A DNA stretch of 64,000 bases from Candidatus Sumerlaeota bacterium (GTDB lineage Bacteria; Sumerlaeota; Sumerlaeia; MWCT01; JAUWMI01). The notes beneath the pieces are model-generated. The model was not told the DNA's origin. It was given only the letters and a program-made list of their open reading frames with translations, and made no database searches. The translations under genes were made by a program, and so were the position numbers. Position 1 is the stretch's first letter. Every line of letters begins with the position of its first letter. Shown here in pieces: positions 26,886 to 36,952 of the stretch. Location: NCBI GenBank assembly GCA_030613245.1, contig JAUWMI010000004.1, positions 32,610-96,609 on the forward strand, in the 5' to 3' direction.

Positions 26886-28238
26886 GTGAAAGGAAGAAGA
26901 CGCGTGCCATCGAGAATTCTCCGCTGGCTAATATCTGGCTCAGGAAAGCGCACAGGCATCCGCTCTGAGATTCCAGATCTCTGGAGTGCTGAGGCTTTTA
27001 ATGAGCAGCTGAAAAAGGAGAAGCTGCGTGCTGAACGGAGCAACTCGCCCTTCGTGCTTCTTGTGTTTGATGTGCGCTGCACGTCGGGGAAAAGAGACGA
27101 CTGTATCCGGAGCTTAACTTATCTGGCTAAACTGATACAAGAATGCACCAGGGCCAGCGATACGCGGGGCTGGTATCGTGAAGATGGCAAAGAAAGGGTT
27201 GGGATTATTTTGCCAGATACGTTTCGAAAAGGTGCGCTCCAGGTTGTTGAAAAAGTTGAAGCGTCTTTTAAAAGGCATTTATTGAAGGTACACAGTGGAG
27301 ACGGAGATTCGATGTGGCTGGTTTACAAGATGTATTGGTACCCTGGCAACCATAATTCTTCCGATCGAGATGATTCCCGTCTTGGTGTAAATCGGGCCCA
27401 AAGTAACGAAAACCGACCTGGGGACTCAGAGACACAGGACGCCGACTCTCAAACATCCCGCCAAACAATGGTACCCTATAATATAGAGAGTTGCTCGTTT
27501 ACAACTTCTCTTAATACAGAACAACTTCACAATGAGGTTCAAATCGTTCACCCGGGAAAATTGTTTCAGCTACTCGCATACCATCTTCCCAGATGGAAGC
27601 GCACGGTAGACATAGTAGGAGCTTCGTTAGGACTGGTCGTACTTTCTCCCATCATGTTCTTAGTTGCGCTATTGATCAAAATGACTTCCCGAGGGCCGAT
27701 TTTTTTCAGGCAAGAGAGAGTCGGCTACCTGGGTAAACAGTTCCAATTCCTGAAATTTCGCTCAATGCGAACGCACGCTGACGAATCAATCCATCAAAAA
27801 CATCTCAAGGAACTGATATGCAACGGCAACGGCAATGGCAACGGATCCGATAAGCCGATGACAAAAATTCGTAACGATCCGCGGGTTACAAAATTGGGGC
27901 GATTGCTTCGTGCATGGTGTCTTGATGAATTACCGCAATTGATACACGTGTTGAGAGGAGAAATGTCATTAATCGGTCCCAGGCCACCCATTCAATACGA
28001 GGTGGAAGATTATCAGGATTGGCACAAGCAACGCCTAAATATAGTTCCGGGAATTACTGGACTTTGGCAGGTTAACGGCAAGAACGCCATGACATTCGAC
28101 GAAATGGTTCGTGTGGACCTTCGATATATGAAGAATCTCTCCTTTTGGACAGATATAAAGATTTTGGCGAAGACCATTCCCACGGTACTTCGTATTGGGA
28201 TTGGCGCGAAATCTACGGCGAGTTGCCAGGAAGGATGA
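26886..28238 (+). CDS. Priming polyprenyl-phosphate phosphoglycosyltransferase (WbaP/PglC 'bacterial sugar transferase' family) with an N-terminal roughly 210-aa degenerate GGDEF-like domain
   Basis: The C-terminal catalytic domain reads ...FRSMR...DPRVTKLGRLLRAWCLDELPQL...IGPRP...VPGITGLWQVNG. The N-terminus aligns to the GGDEF fold (FNEQL..PFVLLVFDV..RASD-TRGWY-REDGKE-RVGIILPDT). A single re-entrant/TM helix lies between the domains. Confidence 0.8.
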   Translation: MKGRRRVPSRILRWLISGSGKRTGIRSEIPDLWSAEAFNEQLKKEKLRAERSNSPFVLLVFDVRCTSGKRDDCIRSLTYLAKLIQECTRASDTRGWYREDGKERVGIILPDTFRKGALQVVEKVEASFKRHLLKVHSGDGDSMWLVYKMYWYPGNHNSSDRDDSRLGVNRAQSNENRPGDSETQDADSQTSRQTMVPYNIESCSFTTSLNTEQLHNEVQIVHPGKLFQLLAYHLPRWKRTVDIVGASLGLVVLSPIMFLVALLIKMTSRGPIFFRQERVGYLGKQFQFLKFRSMRTHADESIHQKHLKELICNGNGNGNGSDKPMTKIRNDPRVTKLGRLLRAWCLDELPQLIHVLRGEMSLIGPRPPIQYEVEDYQDWHKQRLNIVPGITGLWQVNGKNAMTFDEMVRVDLRYMKNLSFWTDIKILAKTIPTVLRIGIGAKSTASCQEG

Positions 28239-28245
28239 AAAGAAA

Positions 28246-29301
28246 ATGATTAAAGTTGCAGTAGTGGGGTGTGGCTACTGGGGCCCTAACTTGATTCGCA
28301 ATTTTTGTTCTGTTCCCCAGTGTGTTATGAGCATGGCGTGTGACACAAAGCCAGATCGGTTGGAATACATACAACGCTTATATCCGTCAGTCGCAGTGAC
28401 CAGCGACTTCCAGGACATTATCAACAATGACGACATTGATGCTGTGGCAATCGCAACACCTGTTGCAATGCACTTTCCCATGGCTCAGCAATGCCTGCAA
28501 CGCGGCAAACATGTTTTGCTTGAAAAGCCTATAACTGCGTCGGTCAAGGAATGTCAAGAACTTATCCGGCTTGCCGTTAAGCATGGCAGGACGCTAATGG
28601 TGGACCATACCTTTGAGTATACAGCTGCGGTCAACAAGATAAAAGAAATTATCCAGAGTGGAGAGCTTGGACAAATATATTATATTGATTGTGTCAGGGT
28701 AAATCTTGGTCTGTTTCAAAACGATATCAACGTCGTATGGGATCTGGCGCCCCATGACGTATCCATTGTTCTCTATCTGCTTGACCAGCAGCCGGAAAGC
28801 ATTAGTGGGCAAGGCAAGGCACACCTCAAGCCGGGCATTGAGGACGTAGCAGCACTGGCTCTGAATTTCCCCGACAACCTTGGGGTCTACATTCAGAGTA
28901 GCTGGTTGCATCCGAACAAGATTAGGAAAATCACAATCGTGGGGAGTAAGAAGATGCTGGTCTACGATGACGTTGACCCATTGGAGAAGATCAAGATCTA
29001 TGACAAGGGTGTGGAAGTTCCGGCGCATTACGAAACTTTTGGTGATTTCCACTTTTCCTACAGGTACGGCGATATTTATAGCCCACGGCTGGAAGAGACG
29101 GAACCTCTCAAAAAGGTATGTCAGCACTTTATCGAATGCATCGGTAATGGAACGCAACCAAGAACCAACGGCATAAGCGGTCTGCGCGTCGTCTCGGTGC
29201 TTGAATCGGCGAATATATCCTTGAAGAACGGAGGAAGCCCGATTGCGATTGATTGGAATCGCGTAACTCCAGAAGAAATATCCGCCAAAGATTCAATATA
29301 A
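28246..29301 (+). CDS. Gfo/Idh/MocA family NAD-dependent sugar oxidoreductase (WbpB/UDP-GlcNAc 3-dehydrogenase-like)
   Basis: MIKVAVVGCGYWGPN Rossmann start and EKP motif (LLEKPIT). Confidence 0.8.
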   Translation: MIKVAVVGCGYWGPNLIRNFCSVPQCVMSMACDTKPDRLEYIQRLYPSVAVTSDFQDIINNDDIDAVAIATPVAMHFPMAQQCLQRGKHVLLEKPITASVKECQELIRLAVKHGRTLMVDHTFEYTAAVNKIKEIIQSGELGQIYYIDCVRVNLGLFQNDINVVWDLAPHDVSIVLYLLDQQPESISGQGKAHLKPGIEDVAALALNFPDNLGVYIQSSWLHPNKIRKITIVGSKKMLVYDDVDPLEKIKIYDKGVEVPAHYETFGDFHFSYRYGDIYSPRLEETEPLKKVCQHFIECIGNGTQPRTNGISGLRVVSVLESANISLKNGGSPIAIDWNRVTPEEISAKDSI

Positions 29302-29640
29302 TAACCTATAGTGCCAGATAGAAAAAAGTGTTTTGACGTAAAGATGTTCCTCTGAGTGTTTTTACAATGCTTGTTAGGCCGAAGGTGTTACCTCGAAACT
29401 ATGTAACATAAACTCCAATCACCTGATCAAATATTGTTAAGTAGAGCATTCAGATTCGTGTCTGACTGAATTCTTTTCAGTGTCCGTTTTTTAGACATTA
29501 GTCTTGCTCAATCCTATAAGGATTCGCAGATTTTTTTCTGAAAATCTTCAACTCATTCACCCATTTTGGATCTGCAATAGATTGTATCGCCTATTGGTAT
29601 CTAAACAGCAATGTACGAATAATAGCCGTGAGGCCTGAGC

Positions 29641-30720
29641 ATGAAAATAAGTTTCGTTTTGCCAGGCAGAGCACGATCTGGTGGCGTGCTCTGTACGGTT
29701 CATTGTGCAAATGGTCTCCTTAAGCGAGGCCATAGTGTTCGTATTCTTTATAAAGGGCCTTATATCCGCAGGTTAGTCCGAAAGACATGGATCTCGGCTA
29801 GGTATGGGCCGAATGCCGACGGCCTGCAGCGTTACAGAGGTGCACGTTCACCATACAAATCCATAACAAACTGTGCTTTCGATAAAGATGAGCTGGTAGT
29901 AGCAACAGGGCCTCATTGTGCACTGGAGGTCGCTAAGTTAGCTTCGGGTCAAGGAATTAAGGTCCAGTATGTGCGCGGCATCACGCTTCCTAACAAGGAA
30001 GACATGTACCGTGCTTGGAGGCTGGACATTCCGATAATTGTTGTGGCCTCGTATTTGGTGGAGGAGATTCGGAACAAGGTCGGCAAGGATGTTGTTGGAA
30101 TTGTTCGGGATGGAGTCAGCACCGAGGATTATTATCCTTGCGATGAAGAATCTAAGCGCACAGGGATCGGAACTAGTTTTGGGGTTGGGCCTGCGAAGGA
30201 CCCAAAAACAATTTTAGCTGTTCTCAGCTCACTAAAGCAGCAATTTCCGAATGTAGCTAAGCACGTTTATGGCTCATGCCCTCGACCAAAGAAGGTTGAT
30301 CGAAAGTCCTTTGTGAGATTCCCCTCCATATCTCAAGCGCGATCGATGTATTCAAAATCGCTAGTTTGGTTTTGCGCAAGTCGCTCGGAAGGCTTCGGCC
30401 AGCCAATTTTAGAGGCTATGGCCTGCGGATGTGCCGTTGTCAGTACAGATTGCGGCGGGCCGCGCGATATTATTAGACACGGCGAAAACGGATTTTTAGT
30501 CGAAGTTGGAAACGTAGAACAAGTTGCCAAATACATTGCTCTGCTTTTGAAAAATAATGATTTGCGTATAAGAATAAGCAAGGAAGCGCAGCTCACCGCA
30601 AAGCAATTTACATGGCATAGAACTATTGACCTGTTGGAAGCGTACTTATTACGGATTCTTGATGAAGCCAAAGGATCGCATTCGGACCAAGGAATCCTAG
30701 AGAAAGTGACTGCCCAATAG
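29641..30720 (+). CDS. Glycosyltransferase family 4
   Basis: The C-terminal SEGFGQPILEAMACGCAVVSTDCGG matches the GT4 signature. Confidence 0.75.
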   Translation: MKISFVLPGRARSGGVLCTVHCANGLLKRGHSVRILYKGPYIRRLVRKTWISARYGPNADGLQRYRGARSPYKSITNCAFDKDELVVATGPHCALEVAKLASGQGIKVQYVRGITLPNKEDMYRAWRLDIPIIVVASYLVEEIRNKVGKDVVGIVRDGVSTEDYYPCDEESKRTGIGTSFGVGPAKDPKTILAVLSSLKQQFPNVAKHVYGSCPRPKKVDRKSFVRFPSISQARSMYSKSLVWFCASRSEGFGQPILEAMACGCAVVSTDCGGPRDIIRHGENGFLVEVGNVEQVAKYIALLLKNNDLRIRISKEAQLTAKQFTWHRTIDLLEAYLLRILDEAKGSHSDQGILEKVTAQ

Positions 30721-30807
30721 CAATAGGGACGACTTTTTAGTGGAATGAGGATGCATAAGAAAAGCCAGACGTGAGGGTAAGTTTGATTTTCCAGCACTTG
30801 CGGGACT

Positions 30808-32130
30808 ATGATTAGGCAAGAGACACAGATAAAGGTTTGCTTACTTGGCGTTTCATTTGAAACGGGGAATATGGGGGTACATGCGCTTACTCATGCTACC
30901 ATAAAATGCATCCTCGCGCAATTGGCCGACGCCCAAATTACAATCCTGGACTACGCACATCAGCCAAAGGAATACAATCTGAGGATTGGCGATAAGAAAA
31001 CCACCGTACGCATGGTGAATATGAGATTTTCTAAAAAGTTTTATCTTAAGAATAATGTTGCCGTGCTTTTCTTACTTTCGTGCATTCTGAAACTAATCCC
31101 GATTCCATTTGTCAGAAGGCGCATAATCGAGAACAACGCTTGCCTAAGGACATTAGTGAACGCCGATATTGTGGCAGACATCAGCGGGGGAGATAGCTTT
31201 ACAGATATGTACGGCTTACGCAGAGTCTTTTATATATGCCTTCCCAAAATACTGGTTATCATGCTGAAAAAAGATCTCATTCTCCTGCCGCAAACTATCG
31301 GACCCTTTAAAAGTATCCTGGCAAAAGCTATTGCCAGATATATTCTGAACCGTGCCAGTATAATCTATTCCAGAGACCGTATTGGTCTGAGCGAATATGT
31401 AAGCTCTCTGAAAATGAATGCTGTAAACGGAAAGGCTAGGTTTTGCTACGACGTAGGTTTTGTGCTTGAGCCAGCAAAGCCCAATAAGATTGAGATTAGT
31501 TCTCTTCTCAATACAGGCAACAGCAGGTATATGGTGGTTGGGCTTAACATCAGTGGCCTACTTTATAACGGCGGCAGAACCCGCAACAATATGTTTGGAT
31601 TAAAAGTCGATTACCAACAGCTAATTCTTAAAGTTATAACTTTACAGATGCAGCACGAGAACGCAATCGTCCTGCTTGTACCACACGCTTTCCACCCGCC
31701 TGAGCATTTTGAAAGCGACCAGGGTGTATGTGCCCAGGTTTATGATTTGCTTAGAGAGAGGTATGGAAACCGGATCAAGCTCGTTCCGGGAACTTATGAC
31801 CAAAGCGAGATTAAATATATTATTGGGATGTGTGATTTTTTTGTTGGCTCACGGATGCATGCGTGCATCGCGGCACTTTCGCAGAGCATTCCCACAGTGG
31901 CTATTGCGTATAGCAAAAAATTCAAGGGTGTTATGGACTCAATTGGAGTTGGAAATCTTGTAGCAGACCCTCGGGAAATGGAAGAGCAGGAAATACTCGG
32001 TGTAATTAATAAAGCATACGCGGAAAGAGACATCATTAGCAATCATTTAGAGCGGACCATGCCTGATGTGAAGAAGCGCGTGCTGAATCTTTTTGCAGAG
32101 ATCCAAGAGTTCAGTATGAAGCGGCAATGA
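30808..32130 (+). CDS. Polysaccharide pyruvyl transferase (CsaB/WcaK family)
   Basis: GGDSFTDMYG and the C-terminal SRMHACIAALSQSIPTVAIAYSKKFKGV are typical of the PS_pyruv_trans family. Confidence 0.8.
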   Translation: MIRQETQIKVCLLGVSFETGNMGVHALTHATIKCILAQLADAQITILDYAHQPKEYNLRIGDKKTTVRMVNMRFSKKFYLKNNVAVLFLLSCILKLIPIPFVRRRIIENNACLRTLVNADIVADISGGDSFTDMYGLRRVFYICLPKILVIMLKKDLILLPQTIGPFKSILAKAIARYILNRASIIYSRDRIGLSEYVSSLKMNAVNGKARFCYDVGFVLEPAKPNKIEISSLLNTGNSRYMVVGLNISGLLYNGGRTRNNMFGLKVDYQQLILKVITLQMQHENAIVLLVPHAFHPPEHFESDQGVCAQVYDLLRERYGNRIKLVPGTYDQSEIKYIIGMCDFFVGSRMHACIAALSQSIPTVAIAYSKKFKGVMDSIGVGNLVADPREMEEQEILGVINKAYAERDIISNHLERTMPDVKKRVLNLFAEIQEFSMKRQ

Positions 32131-33305
32131 AGATAACCGATCAAAATATCAGTTTGATTGTCAAGAAGCGCATTTGCTGCGGCTGTGGCGGTTGCACCGT
32201 CATCTGTCCGCAGGCATGTATAGAAATGATCAGTGGCCGGCACTTCAACTATCCTCAAGTTCAGGTTGACGGATGTATAAAGTGTGGAAAATGCATTCAG
32301 GTATGTCCGAGCACGCACTTGCTGGAAAACCTAGATGAGAAACTGTATGTGTCGCATTTAAATGAGGCCTATAACTACTGGATTGCTCATGCTAATGACG
32401 ATGCAATACGGACAGAAGGAGCTTCAGGAGGATTTGTTTCGGCGTTCTTGATCTATCTGCTGCGCGCGCAAGAGATAGACGGAGCTGTAGTAGCATGCGG
32501 AGATGATTCCGATCCGCTTTTGAACCGGTCGTTTCTTGCTACTGATGAGAAAGGGATTCTGGCGGCGTGTGGGTCCAGATATGGTCCGGTTTCAAATTGT
32601 ACGGCCCTTGAACAAATAATAAAGAAACCAGGAAACTACGCATTTGTTGGGAAGCCGTGTGAAATTCAGGCTTTGCGCAAATTGCAAGATCTTGTCCCTG
32701 AGCTGAAAAAGCGCATTCACTTATCAATAGGAATCTTTTGCGCATGCACTCCTCCGCGCAGCAACACAGCATCTTTTCTATCCCGATGGGGTGTGAGATT
32801 GCAAGACGTACGGAAGATTCAATACCGGGGGCACGGCTGGCCTGGTTTGTTCCGGGCATCGAATGGTCGCAAGATATTGCTTGAAAGGCCATACATGGAT
32901 GCCTGGCGGCACCTCGTGGCAACTAATCCATCAATCAGATGCATGCTGTGTTTCGATACATTTGCCGATGCTGCGGACGTATCGGTCGGTGATCCGTGGG
33001 GCGAAGAACTCATTGCCTCGGAACAAAGAGGACTATCACTGGTTGTGGTAAGAAGTAAACGAGCGAAGGATAACATTCGATCTGCAGAAAAGTCCGGCGC
33101 TATCAGCCTTATAGAAACCACACGAGCCGACGTACTCACATGTCAGAAGGCGCTTGTGGGTAAGGTCCAAAAAGCAAGGGCAAAAGTTCTTGTTTATCAG
33201 ATCATCTCTCAGAAGCGGGTGCAAGAACCACTAACGCTATGGAAAAATAGATTTTCGATGGCAAGGTCACTGTTGAGACAATATGCGAAGCGCCATTACT
33301 ATTGA
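32127..33305 (+). CDS. FrhB/FdhB-like (coenzyme F420 hydrogenase beta subunit-like) protein with two N-terminal 4Fe-4S ferredoxin motifs
   Basis: CCGCGGCTVICP and CIKCGKCIQVCP. It overlaps the pyruvyl-transferase stop; these two families are well known to pair in EPS loci. Confidence 0.7.
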   Translation: MKITDQNISLIVKKRICCGCGGCTVICPQACIEMISGRHFNYPQVQVDGCIKCGKCIQVCPSTHLLENLDEKLYVSHLNEAYNYWIAHANDDAIRTEGASGGFVSAFLIYLLRAQEIDGAVVACGDDSDPLLNRSFLATDEKGILAACGSRYGPVSNCTALEQIIKKPGNYAFVGKPCEIQALRKLQDLVPELKKRIHLSIGIFCACTPPRSNTASFLSRWGVRLQDVRKIQYRGHGWPGLFRASNGRKILLERPYMDAWRHLVATNPSIRCMLCFDTFADAADVSVGDPWGEELIASEQRGLSLVVVRSKRAKDNIRSAEKSGAISLIETTRADVLTCQKALVGKVQKARAKVLVYQIISQKRVQEPLTLWKNRFSMARSLLRQYAKRHYY

Positions 33306-33396
33306 TGTGCGCACTGAATTGGATTATGTATCCATTACAATAATAGAACTTGGGCATGTGCAGGGAGTTTGCGCTGAAGGAGAATAAAAAGAAACC

Positions 33397-34764
33397 ATGG
33401 AGCCAGTAACATTATTAATAGCCGCAATAGGCTCTTTGGCTGTGTTCTCCGTTCGTCCAATTATGGGGATTATTTTTTATGTAGCGGTCCTTGCGTGGTA
33501 TCCTTCGTATTTAACATTGAAGGTAGGTACGCTTGATTTTTCTGCAAGCCGTATAGTAATTCTAGCACTCTACGCCAGTATTTTGTTCCGAACCAAACTT
33601 GCGCAGCAATTTAAATGGTGCTGGCTCGACCGGCTCCTTATCATTGCACTCCTTGGCACCGTTATATCTGGTATGATGAACGAGCCATTCTGGAAAATAG
33701 TAGAAAACCGCAGTGGAACAGCCTTCAACACATTACTCCCGTATTTTGCGGTGCGGATGATTGTAACTTCTCGAGAGAAATTCCTGACGGTTCTGAAAGG
33801 CTTTTTAGTTATCGGAACCCCACTGGCTATAGTAGGTGCTTATCAGAGTCTTACCGGTCATAATCCGGTCGGATTTCTTCACCAATATGGCGCGTGGACA
33901 CCCAGAGAAGCTCATAGATATTTCAGATATGGCCTGTATCGCGCGGAGGTGACATTCTCAGTTAGCATCCTTTTTGGGCTGTTCTTTGCCATGATTGCAC
34001 CATGCTGTGCAGGCTTATGGGGACATATAAAGCACCTTCGGCTTCCCATTGCTGCTGGGATTGGATTAATGTTGATTGGCCTAGTATCATCTGCCTCCAG
34101 TGCAGCTTTCCTTGCAGGTTTAGTGGCATTGCTTTTGCTTTCAATGTTTCCAATTAGACGTTATTGGCCTGCTTTGCTTATAGTGTTGGTTGCGGGATGC
34201 ATATTTGTAGAGGTGTTCAGCAACAGGCACTTCTACTCAGTTCCGGCCAGTTTCACATTCAGTTCGGCAACTGCTTACTACCGGATTGGTCTTATAGAGG
34301 AGGCTTTCGGTGGTGGCATGACGGGTCACTGGATTGAGGGCTATGGATTGATTGGCATGCAGCCTGATCGCCTTGGTTGGGTACACTGGGATCTTACCAA
34401 TCAATACATTGGCATACTGGCTCGTTTCGGACTGCTGGGGCTTTTGCCTTTCTTGGTTGTCATAGTTGCATCGTTAATTCGGCTGCGAAGAGCCTTTGTC
34501 TTGGCTAGCCCCAACAAGGCTGATCAGTGGATGATCTGGTGCTTGCTAGCTTCAGTGGCGGGTATACTAATTGCAATGAATACTGTGTCTTTATTCGACC
34601 AATCAGGCAACTTATTCTATATCTTACTTGGTCTAAGCGGAGCTATGCCCGTGATTCTTTCATCAGTCCCCGCGAAAACAAAGCCACTAGTTGAGACATG
34701 GCGTTATAGAGTTGACTTTCCTTTTCCTGAAATGGCTGATACGAAGAATTTTCAACAAGGTTGA
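33397..34764 (+). CDS. O-antigen polymerase/ligase (Wzy-type) family membrane protein
   Basis: 455 aa with roughly 11 TM helices and a large periplasmic loop. Confidence 0.55.
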   Translation: MEPVTLLIAAIGSLAVFSVRPIMGIIFYVAVLAWYPSYLTLKVGTLDFSASRIVILALYASILFRTKLAQQFKWCWLDRLLIIALLGTVISGMMNEPFWKIVENRSGTAFNTLLPYFAVRMIVTSREKFLTVLKGFLVIGTPLAIVGAYQSLTGHNPVGFLHQYGAWTPREAHRYFRYGLYRAEVTFSVSILFGLFFAMIAPCCAGLWGHIKHLRLPIAAGIGLMLIGLVSSASSAAFLAGLVALLLLSMFPIRRYWPALLIVLVAGCIFVEVFSNRHFYSVPASFTFSSATAYYRIGLIEEAFGGGMTGHWIEGYGLIGMQPDRLGWVHWDLTNQYIGILARFGLLGLLPFLVVIVASLIRLRRAFVLASPNKADQWMIWCLLASVAGILIAMNTVSLFDQSGNLFYILLGLSGAMPVILSSVPAKTKPLVETWRYRVDFPFPEMADTKNFQQG

Positions 34765-34840
34765 TTGGCAGAACTGTGCAGATAGAGGTCCAGGCACGGC
34801 CTACCAAGGTGTTAACACCCATGACATCAGGAAGCTGAGG

Positions 34841-35788
34841 ATGGACGTATCGATTATTATAGTTAGCTGGAACACGAAGGAAATTCTGCGCAATTGTTTA
34901 CGCTCAGTCTATGAACAAGCGGGCCCTATTAGCTTCGAAGTATTCGTCGTTGATAATGCGTCCTCAGATGGATCCGCACAAATGGTGGAGAATGAGTTCC
35001 CGCAAGTATGTCTTATTCGCAATGCCGAGAATAGAGGCTTTGCAGCGGCGAATAATCAAGCAATGGCTCGTGCGATGGGAAGATACATTCTCCTGCTTAA
35101 TCCGGACACGATTGTGCTTAATGGTGCCATTGCTAAGACAGTGTCCTTTGCAGATGCACATCGTGAAGCTGGGGTGATAGGTTGCAAGATCCTTGGCAGC
35201 GATCGTACTTTGCAGCGAAGTTGTTCTACGTATCATAGCCCTTTGAACCTGTTGATATTAACGTTTGGCTTGCACCGTCTCTTTCCTCGAAGTCGCTTTT
35301 TTGGGCGCGGACGGATGACATGGTGGGATTATGGAAGCGTACGTGAGGTACAGACGGTAAGTGGTTGCTTTATGTTGGTTCGACGAGAAGCCATCAATCA
35401 AATTGGTCTTATGGATGAAAGATTTTTTATGTATACCGAAGAAATGGACTGGTGTTGGCGGATGTGGTCCAAGGGATGGAAGGTGATCTACTTTCCAAAT
35501 GCCGAGATAGTTCACCTTGGAGGATCAAGCTCTGCTTTAACCTGGGAAACTATGATATTAGAACAAAGGAGAAGTTTATTACGATTTATTGAAAAACGAC
35601 AGGGGCAATTGGCAAAGGGGGTTGCCAATGTACTGTTGCTTCTTGGGACACTCGTCAGGCTCTTGTACTGGTGGTGCTCAATCCCTCTGCGCACGCCGCA
35701 TGTGGCAAGCAAATTAAAAAAAAGAATTAAGCTGGGTCTCTTAACGGCCAAGTTCCATCTTGGCTTTGGTAGAGAATCCCCGCCATGA
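34841..35788 (+). CDS. Glycosyltransferase family 2
   Basis: MDVSIIIVSWNT...DNASSDGS...NRGFAAANN (DxD/GT-A). Confidence 0.8.
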   Translation: MDVSIIIVSWNTKEILRNCLRSVYEQAGPISFEVFVVDNASSDGSAQMVENEFPQVCLIRNAENRGFAAANNQAMARAMGRYILLLNPDTIVLNGAIAKTVSFADAHREAGVIGCKILGSDRTLQRSCSTYHSPLNLLILTFGLHRLFPRSRFFGRGRMTWWDYGSVREVQTVSGCFMLVRREAINQIGLMDERFFMYTEEMDWCWRMWSKGWKVIYFPNAEIVHLGGSSSALTWETMILEQRRSLLRFIEKRQGQLAKGVANVLLLLGTLVRLLYWWCSIPLRTPHVASKLKKRIKLGLLTAKFHLGFGRESPP

Positions 35789-35827
35789 GGTGGCGTTTCG
35801 GCCAACGATAGTTAAAGTTTTCAAAAG

Positions 35828-36793
35828 GTGATGGGCGATAGAATGAATAGGACACACTTACAACAGACTGGTTTAATAGCAGGCGAGAAGTACATAGTAA
35901 TAACTCCGGCCCGGAATGAGTCTGCCCATATCGAGAAAACAATAAAGTCTATGATCAGCCAGACTGTTCTTCCGTCCGAATGGATCATTGTGGATGATGG
36001 CTCAACGGATGGTACGCCTGAGATTGCGGAGAAATACTCCCAGCAATATGGCTGGATAAGGCTAATCAGAAATCCAGCGGACAGGAAGAAGCGAGACATT
36101 GGCGGAGGTGCTCCAGCAAAGGCTTTTAACCTTGGACTTAAACACATGAGTACTGACAACTACGAATTTCTCGTTAAGCTGGACGCAGACCTGTCGTTCG
36201 AGGCAAACTATTTTGAGCTGCTGCTCAAGCAGTTTGCCGAAGATCCCAAGCTGGGTATAGCTGGGGGGAATATCCATGAATTCAGGCATGGAGTTGCCCG
36301 GCCGCGTAAAAGCTACCTCTTACATGTTGCAGGGGCCACGAAGGTATACCGACGAGAATGTTTTCTGGATATAGACGGGCTCGTTGAAAGTGTAGGATGG
36401 GACACCATTGACGAGATTTCCGCCCGTATGAAGGGCTGGAAAACCCGAACTATTGAGAATCTGAAGATATTCCATCATAGAAGGACATTTTCGTCGGAAG
36501 GAAATATTCTTGTGGGATTTATACGCAGAGGTCGAATTGATTATCTCTTAGGTTTCCATCCCTTTTTTGAACTTCTGAAATGCTCGCACACCATGGCACG
36601 CGCCAGGCCTTACCTATTAAGCGGGCTTTTCATGGCCTATGGCTACATAAAAGCGGCATTGAAAAGAGAAAAAAGACCGGTCACTCCTGAGTTCATTAAG
36701 TATCTCAGAGGAACACAGATGCAAAGGCTGAGACGTCTATTTTCTTTCAGGAATAGTTCTGAGATGGGAATAGTTCATAAGAAAGCTAATTGA
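35828..36793 (+). CDS. Glycosyltransferase family 2
   Basis: YIVITPARNESAHIEKTI...WIIVDDGSTDGT. Confidence 0.8.
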   Translation: MMGDRMNRTHLQQTGLIAGEKYIVITPARNESAHIEKTIKSMISQTVLPSEWIIVDDGSTDGTPEIAEKYSQQYGWIRLIRNPADRKKRDIGGGAPAKAFNLGLKHMSTDNYEFLVKLDADLSFEANYFELLLKQFAEDPKLGIAGGNIHEFRHGVARPRKSYLLHVAGATKVYRRECFLDIDGLVESVGWDTIDEISARMKGWKTRTIENLKIFHHRRTFSSEGNILVGFIRRGRIDYLLGFHPFFELLKCSHTMARARPYLLSGLFMAYGYIKAALKREKRPVTPEFIKYLRGTQMQRLRRLFSFRNSSEMGIVHKKAN

Positions 36794-36952
36794 AGCGAAA
36801 AAATAGCAGCGATACCAAGGCATGAGAAGGATTAGTTCGACCTTCCAGCGCAAGATAATCCAGATTGTTTTGAACAAAAACAAGGTGTCGTGCCATTGAT
36901 TTCAAGATCATATTTTACAATTCATGCGCATACGGAGTGACAAGAGCGAACG

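Noticed and set aside
29302-29640. An AT-rich hairpin (ATTCAG...CTGAAT) followed by a T-run after the oxidoreductase gene, as a possible terminator.
   Set aside because: The stem is only 6 bp, AT-rich, with a 12-nt loop. It is too weak to call.
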